64,000 bases of DNA from Nitrospirota bacterium (GTDB lineage Bacteria; Nitrospirota; UBA9217). The stretch spans positions 256,001 to 320,000 of the forward strand of contig CAWFSF010000001.1 of NCBI GenBank assembly GCA_963818475.1, written 5' to 3'. The notes beneath the pieces were generated by a model. It ran no database searches and was not told the DNA's origin. It was given only the letters and a program-made list of their open reading frames with translations. This document shows, one piece after another, positions 52,054-62,755 of this stretch; position 1 is the stretch's first letter, and every line of letters starts with the position of its first letter. A program made the position numbers and the translations under genes.

Positions 52054-52647
52054 TCATTGACATTGACCTGGACCGGGATCGGGGCCGCCAGCACTACCGC
52101 CAAAGGGATCAAGACAAAAAGGATTACCGCAGCAGGGGTCGTCTGGCTTGTCGCAGCAGGGATCACTCGATCCAGAACAGCCAATTTTGTATTGGCAGTA
52201 TAAGATGTCGCCACCTCGGCAACCAAATGTATCGGTGTGTGTATAAGAGCCATATGCATTGAAAAACGAAGCAGCATAATACTCAAAATCGCAAGTAGAA
52301 TCACTGACTTCAGACGTGCCATCACAATACGTATCAACAGTAGTCATGTACCAATAATAACGATAAGTGATCGGCCAGAAGCCTTGCTGCCATTGTTTAG
52401 GACAATGTGGGCTAAACTCTACCCATGATGTCGTTCGAGAAGCAAGGACGGGTCCGTTATTACACCTTTGCCATATTTTGTAGTCATCCCCCACTTGTTC
52501 AGCCCACAGCTCACACCCTGCCGGGACCGGATCCCCGCATTCTGCATAAACAGGTGTTAAAAAACCAAAACCGCATACCATGACAATGAGGATCAGTTGC
52601 ATCATCCTCAGCTTTATTCGACTTCGGAATATTAGTTTTCTTCCCAT
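52054..52647 (-). CDS. Secreted Cys-rich protein
   Basis: SD AGGAGG, signal peptide, about 16 Cys including DPCC twice. Confidence 0.75.
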   Translation of the reverse strand: MGRKLIFRSRIKLRMMQLILIVMVCGFGFLTPVYAECGDPVPAGCELWAEQVGDDYKIWQRCNNGPVLASRTTSWVEFSPHCPKQWQQGFWPITYRYYWYMTTVDTYCDGTSEVSDSTCDFEYYAASFFNAYGSYTHTDTFGCRGGDILYCQYKIGCSGSSDPCCDKPDDPCCGNPFCLDPFGGSAGGPDPGPGQCQ

Positions 52648-52887
52648 AATTCCTCCTGAAACAATGGATTACAGCTCACAAGGACATATAAAAAATGAAG
52701 AACTGATCTGTGCAGATCCTGTGATTAATAACTCATCTTTAAAATTCCTTGAGCAACAGCACTTATCCCAGTGTCCGGGCTCACCGCTTGAATTGTTGCT
52801 TCATTGTCCTAGCGACCAGTTTATGATAACCAGAATTTAAGGAAATAGGGTGACACTCCAAAGTTAGGTTTTGAAAGGAGTGTCATC

Positions 52888-54450
52888 ATGAAACCAGAAA
52901 AGAGTATACAGCAAGGCGAGAGGAAAAGGAAGTTCCCGAAGCGAAGCAAGAGGTATGGATCCGATTTCAAGCTTCAAGTAGTCAAGAAATTTGTAGAAGA
53001 GAGCATCCCGGTTTCGGTGATTCTTCAGGAATCCGGGTTGAGCAGTGGGACGGTAGGGCGTTGGGTGCGCGCTTATCGTGCTGACGGTGAAGCCGGACTC
53101 GCCACGCACTACCGGGGCAAGGGCCGCAGCCTTCCCTCCCCGGTGAAGCAGAAAATCGTCGAACTCAAAAAAGCCAACCCTCCCTTCGGCATCAAGCGCA
53201 TATCACAGGTTTTAAAGAGAGCATTCTTCCTTTCCGCCAGCCCCGAGACCGTCAGAAAGACACTTCACGAATCATCCCTGATAACCGCCCCACCCAAGAA
53301 GCGGCAGCACAACATCACCCGTCCCCGGTTTTTCGAACGAACAGCGCCGAACCAGCTTTGGCAGACGGATATCTTCACGTTCCGCCTTGGCGGCCACTAT
53401 GCGTACCTGATCGGCTACATCGACGATTACTCCCGCTATGTAACCGGGCTCGAGCTTTTCAGAAGCCAGACAGGGCAAAACGTTATCGAGATATACCGGC
53501 GGGCGGCCGCCGAGTACAACCCGCCGAAAGAGATGCTTACGGACAATGGGCGACAGTATACGAGCTGGCACGGGAAGAGCCGTTTCGAAGCGGAGCTCAA
53601 GAAAGACAAGATCCACCACATCAAATCGCGGCCTCACCACCCGATGACGCTGGGCAAGATCGAGCGGTTCTGGAAAACCATCTACCTGGAGTTCCTGAGC
53701 CGGGCTCAGTTCGCGAGCTTCGAGGACGCGGCGGAACGGATACGGCAGTGGGTGAAATACTACAACCACAAACGGCCGCACCAGGGTATCGGCGGCCTGT
53801 GCCCCGCGGACCGGTACTTCGAGATCCAGAGCGAGCTTAAGCAGACAATCGAGCAAGGCATCCAGGAGAACCTCCTGGAGATGGCGCTCCGGGGCAAACC
53901 GCGTCTGCCGTTCTACATGGTGGGCCGCATGGAGGGTCAGTCAGTGGTGCTGCGGGCAGAAAAGGGCAAACTGCGGCTGTCGGTTGACGACGAGGAAGAT
54001 GACACCACGCAGGAAGTAGTCTACAATCTAAACGAAGAAGGAGCCGGCCATGGAGAAGGCGGAGAAGATAAAAAGCGAGAAGAAGCGGCAACCGACGAAC
54101 CACGGGGCGATGGAGAAATGCCGGGCGGTGCTGGCGGTGTGGACGGAGCGTCGGAGGCCGGCGGAGATATGCCGGGAGCTGGGGATACCGTGGATGGTGC
54201 TGGCGCAGTGGCAGAAGCGGGCGATGGAGGGGATGCTTCAGGCGCTGGAACCCCGGGTGAGACTGGACAAGGGGCCGGCGCTCTCCCCGCGCCTCCAGTC
54301 AATGCTGGAGAAAAAGCGCCTGACGCTTCCGGCCTCGATCCGGCTGGAAAAGACGCTGTCGAAGGCGCAGGAAGCAAGGAAAGCGGAGGCGCCGTCAAAG
54401 GATCAGAAGCCCTCCGGCGAAGCCCCGCAGACAGCGGGACGCAAGGCTGA
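52888..54450 (+). CDS. DDE (rve) transposase, IS481-like
   Basis: HTH, WQTDIF, LTDNGRQY, GKIERFW, YNHKRPHQGIG. Confidence 0.9.
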   Translation: MKPEKSIQQGERKRKFPKRSKRYGSDFKLQVVKKFVEESIPVSVILQESGLSSGTVGRWVRAYRADGEAGLATHYRGKGRSLPSPVKQKIVELKKANPPFGIKRISQVLKRAFFLSASPETVRKTLHESSLITAPPKKRQHNITRPRFFERTAPNQLWQTDIFTFRLGGHYAYLIGYIDDYSRYVTGLELFRSQTGQNVIEIYRRAAAEYNPPKEMLTDNGRQYTSWHGKSRFEAELKKDKIHHIKSRPHHPMTLGKIERFWKTIYLEFLSRAQFASFEDAAERIRQWVKYYNHKRPHQGIGGLCPADRYFEIQSELKQTIEQGIQENLLEMALRGKPRLPFYMVGRMEGQSVVLRAEKGKLRLSVDDEEDDTTQEVVYNLNEEGAGHGEGGEDKKREEAATDEPRGDGEMPGGAGGVDGASEAGGDMPGAGDTVDGAGAVAEAGDGGDASGAGTPGETGQGAGALPAPPVNAGEKAPDASGLDPAGKDAVEGAGSKESGGAVKGSEALRRSPADSGTQG

Positions 54451-54460
54451 TAACCCGTAA
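54050..54460 (+). CDS. HTH accessory protein overlapping the transposase tail
   Basis: SD GAAGGAG; AVLAVWTERRRPAEICRELGI. Confidence 0.6.
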   Translation: MEKAEKIKSEKKRQPTNHGAMEKCRAVLAVWTERRRPAEICRELGIPWMVLAQWQKRAMEGMLQALEPRVRLDKGPALSPRLQSMLEKKRLTLPASIRLEKTLSKAQEARKAEAPSKDQKPSGEAPQTAGRKADNP

Positions 54461-54477
54461 CGGAAAGGCCGGTGCGT

Positions 54478-54855
54478 ATGAGCGACTCAGCAGACAAAGA
54501 GCTTGCCCTAAAACGAGCCGCGGTGATCTTTGCGGTCAGGAGCGGCCAGATCACAGCCGAGGAAGGCGCGCGGAGACTCGGCGTGTCCCGGAAGACCTAC
54601 TATGAGTGGGAGAAACGGGCATTACAGGCGATGACGGAGGCTCTGGAGGACAAGACCCCGGGAAGGCCGAGTATACCGCAGGACGAGGAGAAGCAGCGTT
54701 TGCAAGACGAGATCATCGAGCTTCAGAACAAGCTCTTTGTCGCTGAGAAGACCGTGGAAGTGCGGGACATGCTGCATGCCTATGAGCTGCATAACGCCAA
54801 AACAAAGAAAGGCATGTCCGAGGAAAAAAAACGAAAGCAAAGGAAGAAACCATAA
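54478..54855 (+). CDS. HTH protein (OrfA-like)
   Basis: GQITAEEGARRLGVSRKTYYEWE...PGRP, coiled coil. Confidence 0.8.
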   Translation: MSDSADKELALKRAAVIFAVRSGQITAEEGARRLGVSRKTYYEWEKRALQAMTEALEDKTPGRPSIPQDEEKQRLQDEIIELQNKLFVAEKTVEVRDMLHAYELHNAKTKKGMSEEKKRKQRKKP

Positions 54856-54860
54856 CCCGT

Positions 54861-55907
54861 ATGCTTGCTGTTATTGATCAGATGAGGGAGAAGACCTGTA
54901 TGTCCTACCAGGCGATCTGCAGCGCCGTGAGGCTGCCCTACCCGAGCTTTATACGGTGGCGTCGAAGGCAGAAGAACGCCACGCCTCTCGTGCGGCAGCC
55001 GGGGCCTCCCAAGGTCAAGCCGCCGGATCTTGAGAAACTTGGACTGGATATAGCAGGGTTGTCTCACGGGCAAGACCGGACGCAGGGCACGGGCGCACTC
55101 TACGGTCGCTACGCATCCTCCGTATCAAGGCGTGAGCTGCAGCGCATGATAGAAATGGCACGGCATGATCTCAATACGTTACACCGTCAGAATCTGCGGC
55201 GGATCAGCTGGAACGTGCCGAACGTCGCATGGTCCATGGACCCCTGCGAATACGACGGACGAGATGCGGCCGGAGCCAAAGTGTACCTGAACCATATGCA
55301 GGACCTTGCGTCCCGCTACAAGTTCACACCCATGACAGGAGACGTTCCCTGCGGCGAAGAGATATCCGGCTATCTCGCGGCGACCTTCGACCGCTTCGGG
55401 GCGCCCCTATTCCTCAAACGGGACAATGGCGGCAATCTGAACCATGCGGCGATCAATGCCGTGCTCGAGGACTACTTCGTCCTGCCCTTGAACAGCCCGG
55501 TCCATTATCCACCTTACAACGGGGCGATCGAAGAGGCGCAAACCGAGCTGAAAAACGGGCTTGCTGCAAAGCTCGCGTATAAGACCAGCTGCCAGCGCGA
55601 ACACATGGAAGCGTATGCATCGACGGTTGAACATGACCTCAACCACCAACCTCGTCCTTGCCTACACGGCAGCAACGCCTGCCAAGTGTACTTCACGAAC
55701 AAAAGAACGGTTACCAAATGGGAAAGGAGGGATGCCTATGCTTGGATGACAAACTTGCAGGATGATATACTATGCAGTAAAGGAGGTGTTCACCCGCAAG
55801 CGGCCTGGCGGATCGCCGTCGAGGCCTGGCTGAGGATGAAAGGGCTTATTACAGTTACGATCAACGGAAAAGTGTCACCCAATTTTCTCTCAAATTTTTA
55901 TCATTAA
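54861..55907 (+). CDS. Second DDE integrase-core protein (OrfB-like)
   Basis: WSMDP, DLASRY, LKRDNGGNL, PPYNGAIE. Confidence 0.85.
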   Translation: MLAVIDQMREKTCMSYQAICSAVRLPYPSFIRWRRRQKNATPLVRQPGPPKVKPPDLEKLGLDIAGLSHGQDRTQGTGALYGRYASSVSRRELQRMIEMARHDLNTLHRQNLRRISWNVPNVAWSMDPCEYDGRDAAGAKVYLNHMQDLASRYKFTPMTGDVPCGEEISGYLAATFDRFGAPLFLKRDNGGNLNHAAINAVLEDYFVLPLNSPVHYPPYNGAIEEAQTELKNGLAAKLAYKTSCQREHMEAYASTVEHDLNHQPRPCLHGSNACQVYFTNKRTVTKWERRDAYAWMTNLQDDILCSKGGVHPQAAWRIAVEAWLRMKGLITVTINGKVSPNFLSNFYH

Positions 55908-57997
55908 CTGCTGGCGTGCACAGTCACATCGCCCAGAATTCGAGACGTCAATGCAGGCGCTGTCTGGTTATATCTACTCGATATTTCCGCAGCAGTGAGT
56001 GACCGGTTGTAAATTACGATTTCGTCCATCAACCCTCCGTAGGGACCAGAAAAAGCGTTTCCGAAACTGCTGGAAGGGTATACATGTGTTCGTAAACTTG
56101 TCTGGCCGGTTTTAACATAGGCGCCGTTTAGATACAGTTTCGGAGTTTTATTTTCATATACAACGACGATATGATTCCAGCCGGATAAATTGCCCGCGTA
56201 GACAAGAAGCGATTGCACATAATCGCCCCCATGCTCGAACACGCTGATGCCAGTGGTTCCTATTGACAAACCTGCCCCTGCATCAGTGGCTCCGCCACTT
56301 GCCGGCACTACAGCATATCTTTGCCCTGACACACCTGAGTAAGACGGATAAGAGTTAGATTCACCCGTAAACTCGATGGTCAATGTCGGAGAGGTCCAAA
56401 GTTCTATGGTAAAGTTATCCGGTGCTGTGACCTGAAGAGAGTTGGGTGTAGATACTGCGTCGTCAATTCCGTCGAACATGCCGGAATAGCTGCCAAAATG
56501 AGCATCAGAACTAAATGCTGGATTAAGCGAAGGTACTCCGTGATTAGCGTACCCGGAAGAGTCGTCCCAATTCCCATCCATGTGCCAAAGGCCTATAATC
56601 CCGGGATCAATCGTTATGCTAATCGATGCGGTATTGGTCGCAGCGTCAACAGCAGAAGCTGTTATGGTGTTATTACCTGCGATGATCCCTGATATTGTGC
56701 AGGTCCATGATGTTGCCGTGGGATAGGATACAGGGCCAACCGAAGCTGAAGTATTTATCGACAGCGACACGACACTATTCGCTTCCATCGTTCCAGTAAA
56801 AACTTGACTATTGCTGCTTACAGGTGAGTTTAAGGGATCTATTGTGATAAATGTCTGATTGTCGATTGTAAACGTTTTCTGATCAAAACCTAAGTTTCCC
56901 GCAGCATCTGTTGAGTCTACGCGTACTACATGAACACCATCTGAAAGCGTATCGAGTATGGTGCCCGATACTTTTGACACAATTATTCCGTCAACTGTTA
57001 CGACTGCATTCCCTTCACTATTGGTATATAAGAGAAGCGGATTTCTCTCCTTTGTTGTGGAAGCAACGGGTGAAGAAATGATAACCACAGGACCGACAGT
57101 ATCAAGAATGATGTCACCCTGGATCATGGTATTGCTCGTGTTCCCGGCGCTGTCCTTGTATCTGGCGTACACCGTCTTGGTGCCGTCGCCTGTTGAGAGC
57201 GTCCAGGTAGTAGTGGTAGCGTAGCTTCCTAACGCTGACCAGGTGCTGTTGTCGTTGCTGAACTGCATCTGGGAGACGCAGCTCGTTGCGTCTGTGGCTG
57301 TTAGGGTCAAGGTGACTGAAGTGCCTGTTGTATACGTTGCTCCGCTGCTGATCAGTACCGTTCCCAAGGGAGGCGTCGTGTCGACAGTGAACGTTACTGC
57401 AGAAAACACAGGACCTCCGAAACTATCCGTTGTGTCAATGCGCACTACATGCGCGCCATCGGCCAATGGGTCAAGCGTACTTCCTGAAGCCTTTGATACT
57501 GCCGTACCATCAACCTTAACAATCGCTGTTCCACAGCATGCTGAGTAAATTAACTGAGGAGCATTGTTTTTTGTCAACACGGCAGTGGGTGAAGAAATGG
57601 TTACTAGGGGGGAAGATATTATCTTGAAATCGCCAATCGTCGTAGTACCGGTAGTGGCTGTGAGCACCCCATTGATGTAGGTGCTTCCGATAACTGAGGA
57701 GAAATCTGTATTATAACCGCCTTGAAAGGTAACGGTAACATCACGATTGATAGTGAAACCGTCAAATGTTGTATTTTTGACCTTTATAATATCGGCATTA
57801 CTGGCATTTTGATAAGCTTCCGAAAGTGTTTGATAATATCTTGGCGGATTAGTTGTTGAAATCTGGACAGGGGGCAGGTCTGCTGCTGCGGCCCAGCGGA
57901 TGAACCCTAAAATAATCACGAGAACAGAACCGAGGAGTACTAAAAAGAAACGATTCGACTTCACCTGTGACCTCTTCATTTCGGCTATTTCCTCCAT
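55904..57997 (-). CDS. Secreted Ig-like repeat plus LamG-like jellyroll protein
   Basis: Signal peptide, DTTPP, LSTGDGTKTVYARYKD, LWHMDG, WNHIVVV...KLYLNG, MDEIVIYNRSL. Confidence 0.8.
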   Translation of the reverse strand: MEEIAEMKRSQVKSNRFFLVLLGSVLVIILGFIRWAAAADLPPVQISTTNPPRYYQTLSEAYQNASNADIIKVKNTTFDGFTINRDVTVTFQGGYNTDFSSVIGSTYINGVLTATTGTTTIGDFKIISSPLVTISSPTAVLTKNNAPQLIYSACCGTAIVKVDGTAVSKASGSTLDPLADGAHVVRIDTTDSFGGPVFSAVTFTVDTTPPLGTVLISSGATYTTGTSVTLTLTATDATSCVSQMQFSNDNSTWSALGSYATTTTWTLSTGDGTKTVYARYKDSAGNTSNTMIQGDIILDTVGPVVIISSPVASTTKERNPLLLYTNSEGNAVVTVDGIIVSKVSGTILDTLSDGVHVVRVDSTDAAGNLGFDQKTFTIDNQTFITIDPLNSPVSSNSQVFTGTMEANSVVSLSINTSASVGPVSYPTATSWTCTISGIIAGNNTITASAVDAATNTASISITIDPGIIGLWHMDGNWDDSSGYANHGVPSLNPAFSSDAHFGSYSGMFDGIDDAVSTPNSLQVTAPDNFTIELWTSPTLTIEFTGESNSYPSYSGVSGQRYAVVPASGGATDAGAGLSIGTTGISVFEHGGDYVQSLLVYAGNLSGWNHIVVVYENKTPKLYLNGAYVKTGQTSLRTHVYPSSSFGNAFSGPYGGLMDEIVIYNRSLTAAEISSRYNQTAPALTSRILGDVTVHASS

Positions 57998-58373
57998 CAG
58001 TCCTCCTGGTCGTTTTTCTAATCATGAACCTACCCGATGCACCCTCTTCCCGGACAGAGGAACGGATGCATTCTTTTATACGATGCGGATAATAATATAG
58101 CTGCATCATTCTGTCCAGAAAATAAACGAGTTAATTTCAGGTTGTCAAATTATAATTTGAGGTGCACAGTTAGCTGCATAGTGCATTTACGAACGAACCT
58201 TTATGTCACAAGCAACGGAGTTAGCTGCAAATTAAGGATTTGATGCCCTAAGTGGGAAGTTTGCGCATCTTGCGCATGACGGCTTAGATGTCTTGAGCCC
58301 ACTTTTGGAGGCAGGTGAACGTGTTTGTTCGTGAGGATGCAGGAGTAGATGGAGCAGCGATGAAACGATGGTG

Positions 58374-59774
58374 TTAACGCTTTTCTTTCCTTTCTTCCGT
58401 CAGCGATCCGCCGATCTCCCTCTCCTGCTTAAATTGTCTCTTTTGCCGGTACATGAGGGAATCCGCTTTTGTCATGAGTTCATCGAGGGAACAACGCTGC
58501 TTCGGATCGTAATGTGCGATGCCGAGGCTGAGGGAAAGCTGGTATGAACGGCCGCTTTGCGCATTATGCGCAGCCACGTTCCGCAGAAAGTGTTCTGTGA
58601 CGGTGAGCTCGACATCCGTTTCGGAAGGTTCTGCGAAAACAACGGCAAATTCGTCGCCTCCCAGCCTTGCGATGATGTCGGATTCCCTGAAGGTTTTTCT
58701 CAAGAGGTTTGCCGTGTCACGCAATGCGGAATCTCCCTCTTTATGGCTGAACCGGTCGTTGATTCCCTTCATGTCGTCGAGATCCAGATAGAGGAGCGCC
58801 ATCTTTCTGCTTTCGCGGTTTGCCACATGCAGTTCGTGCTCCGCCGCCGCGAGGAACCCCCGCCTGTTAAGCAGCCCCGTAAGCTCGTCTGTAATGGCCG
58901 CTTCCTGCAGCTTTTCCTCCAGTTTTTTGTGTTCGGAGACGTTCCGGCATACTTCGACGGAGAACTTGATGCTTCCGTCGCGGGCAACGATGGGCGTGCA
59001 GCTTATGAGATAATGGCCTTTCAGGGTTTCCAGGAATCTCTCCTCGACCTGTTCCTTCCCCGTGGCGATAGCCATGCTGCCGGGACAGTTGGAAATCGGT
59101 TTTTCCAGGCCGCACATGGTTTTATAGCATCGCTTTCCAATAAGCTCATTCCGTTCGATCCCCAGTCTTGCGGCCAATGCCTTATTTGCCCGTCTAATCG
59201 TGTGCTGATTGTCTATCACCGCAACGATATCCGGCATGGCGTCAAATGTCTGTTCCCATTCTTCCTTGTCGAACTTGACCTGTTCCTCCGCCTTTTTACG
59301 GGCGCTAATATCCATGGAAGAACCGATCATGCCCGTGACGACGCCCTTTCCGTCTCTCAGTGCCGTGAGCAGCAGGAGCGCATGAAACTCCTCACCGGAC
59401 TTTCTCTTCAACAGCACCTCGACTTCGTGTTCTCCCTTTTCCCTGAGCGGTGCGATGACGTCATGCTCGAGGAAGGCCAGTTGATTCTCGGGATAAATAA
59501 TCGATATGTGTTTGCCCAACGCTTCTTCCTCGGAATAGGAATACAGCCTTGTAGCGCCTTTGTTCCAGCTGGTGATAGTACCGTTAAGGTCGGTTGTGAT
59601 AACTGCCTCACGGATCTGGTTTAGGAGGTACGCTTGCCTCTGGATTATTTCCTTGTCCCTGATCCGTCGTGGAATATCACGCCCTATCGTTGATGGACCG
59701 GTGATTTTTCCTAAAGAATCCTTGAGGGGGGATCTGGGGGGCGCGCTCGCTGGTATTTTGTTCCGATTCTTCAT
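58374..59774 (-). CDS. PAS-domain diguanylate cyclase
   Basis: Two PAS domains, DELTGLLNRR, ARLGGDEF. Confidence 0.92.
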   Translation of the reverse strand: MKNRNKIPASAPPRSPLKDSLGKITGPSTIGRDIPRRIRDKEIIQRQAYLLNQIREAVITTDLNGTITSWNKGATRLYSYSEEEALGKHISIIYPENQLAFLEHDVIAPLREKGEHEVEVLLKRKSGEEFHALLLLTALRDGKGVVTGMIGSSMDISARKKAEEQVKFDKEEWEQTFDAMPDIVAVIDNQHTIRRANKALAARLGIERNELIGKRCYKTMCGLEKPISNCPGSMAIATGKEQVEERFLETLKGHYLISCTPIVARDGSIKFSVEVCRNVSEHKKLEEKLQEAAITDELTGLLNRRGFLAAAEHELHVANRESRKMALLYLDLDDMKGINDRFSHKEGDSALRDTANLLRKTFRESDIIARLGGDEFAVVFAEPSETDVELTVTEHFLRNVAAHNAQSGRSYQLSLSLGIAHYDPKQRCSLDELMTKADSLMYRQKRQFKQEREIGGSLTEERKEKR

Positions 59775-59943
59775 GTGATCCTCACTGAATGGTTCAATTA
59801 TAGCACGGGTACATAAACAAGCCGGGCAGGGTAGGATCGGTAATATTCGAGAACGACCAGGTCCAAAGACCTGGTAACCCTGAGCACGGCGAACGAAACC
59901 TTCCCTTCACCCTCCAAAACCATCTTATGCCATCAAAACCACC

Positions 59944-59972
59944 TTGACTTATTATAATTAATAAGTTATTAT
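59944..59972 (+). promoter_or_regulatory. TA promoter with palindromic operator, likely leaderless mRNA
   Basis: TTGACT-N17-TATTAT; ACTTATTA-TAAT-TAATAAGT; ATG 9 nt after -10, no SD. Confidence 0.6.
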
Positions 59973-59981
59973 AAATACCGA

Positions 59982-60254
59982 ATGTGGCGGATACGAGAAC
60001 ATCACGACATTGATAAAGTTTGCCGCAAGCTTCCGCCGGCGGTTGTCAAGAAATATGAGCTCTGGAAAAATCTTGTTTTCCGTCACGGTCCTGACAAATT
60101 GAGAGAATTTCCCGGGTTTCATGAGGAAAAACTGAAGGGTGATCGTACGGGGCAGCGCTCATCGCGCTTAAGTTTGCAGTACCGGGTCATCTATACTGTT
60201 GACCAGGAAATCGTGACGGTTCTTGTTTTAGAGATAACTCCGCACAATTACTAG
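59982..60254 (+). CDS. HigB/RelE-like toxin
   Basis: PGFHEEKLKGDRTGQRSSRLSLQYRVIY. Confidence 0.85.
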   Translation: MWRIREHHDIDKVCRKLPPAVVKKYELWKNLVFRHGPDKLREFPGFHEEKLKGDRTGQRSSRLSLQYRVIYTVDQEIVTVLVLEITPHNY

Positions 60255-60262
60255 GAGGACAC

Positions 60263-60541
60263 GTGAAGGTTCGTAAGAAAAATGAATTTGTTCCGGCAAA
60301 ATCTCATGCCAAATTAACAACGGGTGAGGTCATCAGGATGCTTCGGGAATTAAAGGGCTGGACCCAGGTGGAACTTGCCAGGCACTCCCGTATAAACTCC
60401 ACCAATATCAGCTTATTGGAAAATGACCGGGTGGTGATCGGTAAAAAGCGCGTCGAGCAGCTTGCAAAGGCCTTTGATGTCCACCCCGCCATCATCATGT
60501 TCCCGGAGTATGAGGCCAAGGAAATTCAAAAGGCGGCATAG
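60263..60541 (+). CDS. Xre-HTH antitoxin (HigA-like)
   Basis: RELKGWTQVELARHS...NISLLEND. Confidence 0.85.
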   Translation: MKVRKKNEFVPAKSHAKLTTGEVIRMLRELKGWTQVELARHSRINSTNISLLENDRVVIGKKRVEQLAKAFDVHPAIIMFPEYEAKEIQKAA

Positions 60542-60646
60542 CGTCGATCGAGCATTGAAAACGGATCAACTCAGTATCGTTCTATATTGCTGCATCCAGG
60601 GAAGTCCCCCCCTCACCCAACCCTCTCCCTCAAGGGGAGAGGACTA

Positions 60647-61322
60647 CTATAAGGTTTTCACCACTTCCCCATCCCTGATCTCGATGGTCCTGCCTGCCCG
60701 CTTCGCATTTTCCTCGCTGTGCGTCACCATGACGATCGTATGGCCGTCCTTGTGCAGGCCTTCCAGCATTTCGAGCACCTTGTCCCCGGTCTTCGTGTCG
60801 AGGTTGCCCGTCGGCTCGTCGGCGAGGATGAGCGCGGGCTGGTTCACGAGCGCCCGGGCGATCGCGACGCGCTCCTGCTCCCCGCCCGAGAGCTGGGACG
60901 GCAGCCGGCCCGCCTTGGCGTCCAGGCCGACGCGCGACAGCGCCTCAAGCGCCTTGGCGTCGGCCGGTCCCGTTCAGCCCCGGCTGGATCGTGAGCGGCA
61001 GCATCACGTTCTCGATGGCCGTGAGATAGGGCACGAGATAGAAGGACTGGAACACGAAGCCCAGGTACTCGCGCCGGAAATCGGACAGCTTGTTCGGCCC
61101 CAGGCCGCCCAGGTCGATCCCGTCGATGGAGACCACGCCCGACGAGGCTTTGCTCAGCCCGCCGACCAGCGACAGGAGCGTGCTCTTGCCCGAACCGGAC
61201 GGCCCCATGACGGCCACGAACTCTCCCGAGTCGATGCCGAGCGAGACGCCCTTGAGCGCGGCGTACTCTTCATCGCCGGCGTGGAATATTTTTTTTACGT
61301 TGTTCAGTTCAATGAATGACAT
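60647..61322 (-). CDS. ABC transporter ATP-binding protein, LolD/MacB type (frameshift near 60970)
   Basis: [25 protein letters not shown]. Confidence 0.9.
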
Positions 61323-61428
61323 GTACTACCTTCAACTTGTAATTCACATCGACGCTAACAATCTAAGTACACGCTGCAAATTCTTCCTGACCACTCGTAC
61401 TCTTTGTCTGCATCGCATGCGTTCGGTC

Positions 61429-62599
61429 CTACAGTGTCTTCAGCGCCTCGACCGGATCGAGCCTGTCCTGCCCGCACCGCCGGATAGATGCTTGCCAGCA
61501 AGCCCGACGACGACCGACGCAGCGATCGCCCCTGCGGCAAGCAGCGGGATCGAACGCGAAGGTCAGGTTGTAGGCGCTCATCAGATAGGGCGCCACGAAC
61601 CGCGGACTGACGATGCCGATGGCGTAGCCCGACGACGCCAGCCAGCAGGCTCACGATGAACGCCTCGGTCAGAAGCACCTGGATGATGTGGCCGGTGCGG
61701 AACCCGATGGCCCGGAACAGCCCGATCTCCTGCACCCGCTCCTTGACCGATGCGGTCATGGCAAAGAAGATGATCATGCCGGCAACGATCAGCAAGCAGC
61801 GCCGAGATGCCGAGCGAGAATTTGTGGAAGTAATGCATGGCCTGCATCTTGAGCTCCACGGTCTCCTTGACCGCCACTGCCCGGGCGCCCGGCAGCACCG
61901 CGTTCACCTGGCCCACCATGTCCTCGATGGGGCAGCCGCTGCAGAGGGCCGACAGCTCGATCAGGCTCACCGCGTTCCCTTTGTTGAACTGCTTCTGGAC
62001 CCAGGCGATATCGGTGAAGATCAGGCCGTCGTCCTGGGACCCGGTGTTGTCCAGCACGCCGGACACGCGAAGGCTCCCGCTGCCGATGGCGATGCTGTCG
62101 CCGGGAGCGAGCTGGAGCTTCGCTGCAGCGTCCTTGCCGATCAGGGCCTCTCCGCTCTGCCGCGGGGTTCATGCCCGAGGCGACGCGCCACCATTTTTTG
62201 AGCCGCTGTTCCGCCTTGAAGTCCACGCCCGCGACCAGCACCCGGGTCCCCTTCACCTCGGTCTGGACCAGGAGCTTCGGCGCCATGGTGCTGATGTTCT
62301 CCTTGTTCTTGATGGTGCGTGATCCTGTCCACATCAAGCGTGGTAAGCTCCCTGCCGCCCGTGTTCACCGCCGAGACCGTGAGGCCGCCGTAGGAGAGCG
62401 GCAGGCCTTCGGACGCCGGAAGCACCAGGATGTTCGCGCCGAACTCGTCCAGCGCATGCATGACCTCGCGGTTCATGGCATCGCCGACCGAGGTCATGGC
62501 AACGGCCGCGCCGATGCCGATGGCAAGGCCCGAGACAAGGAAGAACGTCCTGCCTTTTTTCCTGCGCAGGTTGTTCAGAGAAATATCGAGAAGCTTCAT
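61429..62599 (-). CDS. ABC permease, FtsX/MacB type (several frameshifts)
   Basis: LNNLRRKKGR, DEFGANIL, ELSALCSGCPIE, SVKERVQEIGLFRAIGF. Confidence 0.8.
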
Positions 62600-62755
62600 G
62601 AGTGCGCTCCAGACTTTTATGACTGATAGCCAGACATTACGCAGATAGAGATGCCGCAGTTTATTAAACATTCAAGTTTGTCTTAATCTGAAATCCGTCA
62701 TCTGCGTGATTCTGTGCAAGTAGTTACGGTTCATTCCAAACTCCGCAATCCGAAA

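Larger units (their letters stand above)
52824..55903 (+). mobile_element. IS3/IS481-related element (3080 bp) with two DDE ORFs
   Basis: TIRs TGATAA...GGGTGACACT at 52824-52857 and 55871-55903; TTA target duplication at 52821-52823 and 55904-55906. Confidence 0.85.
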
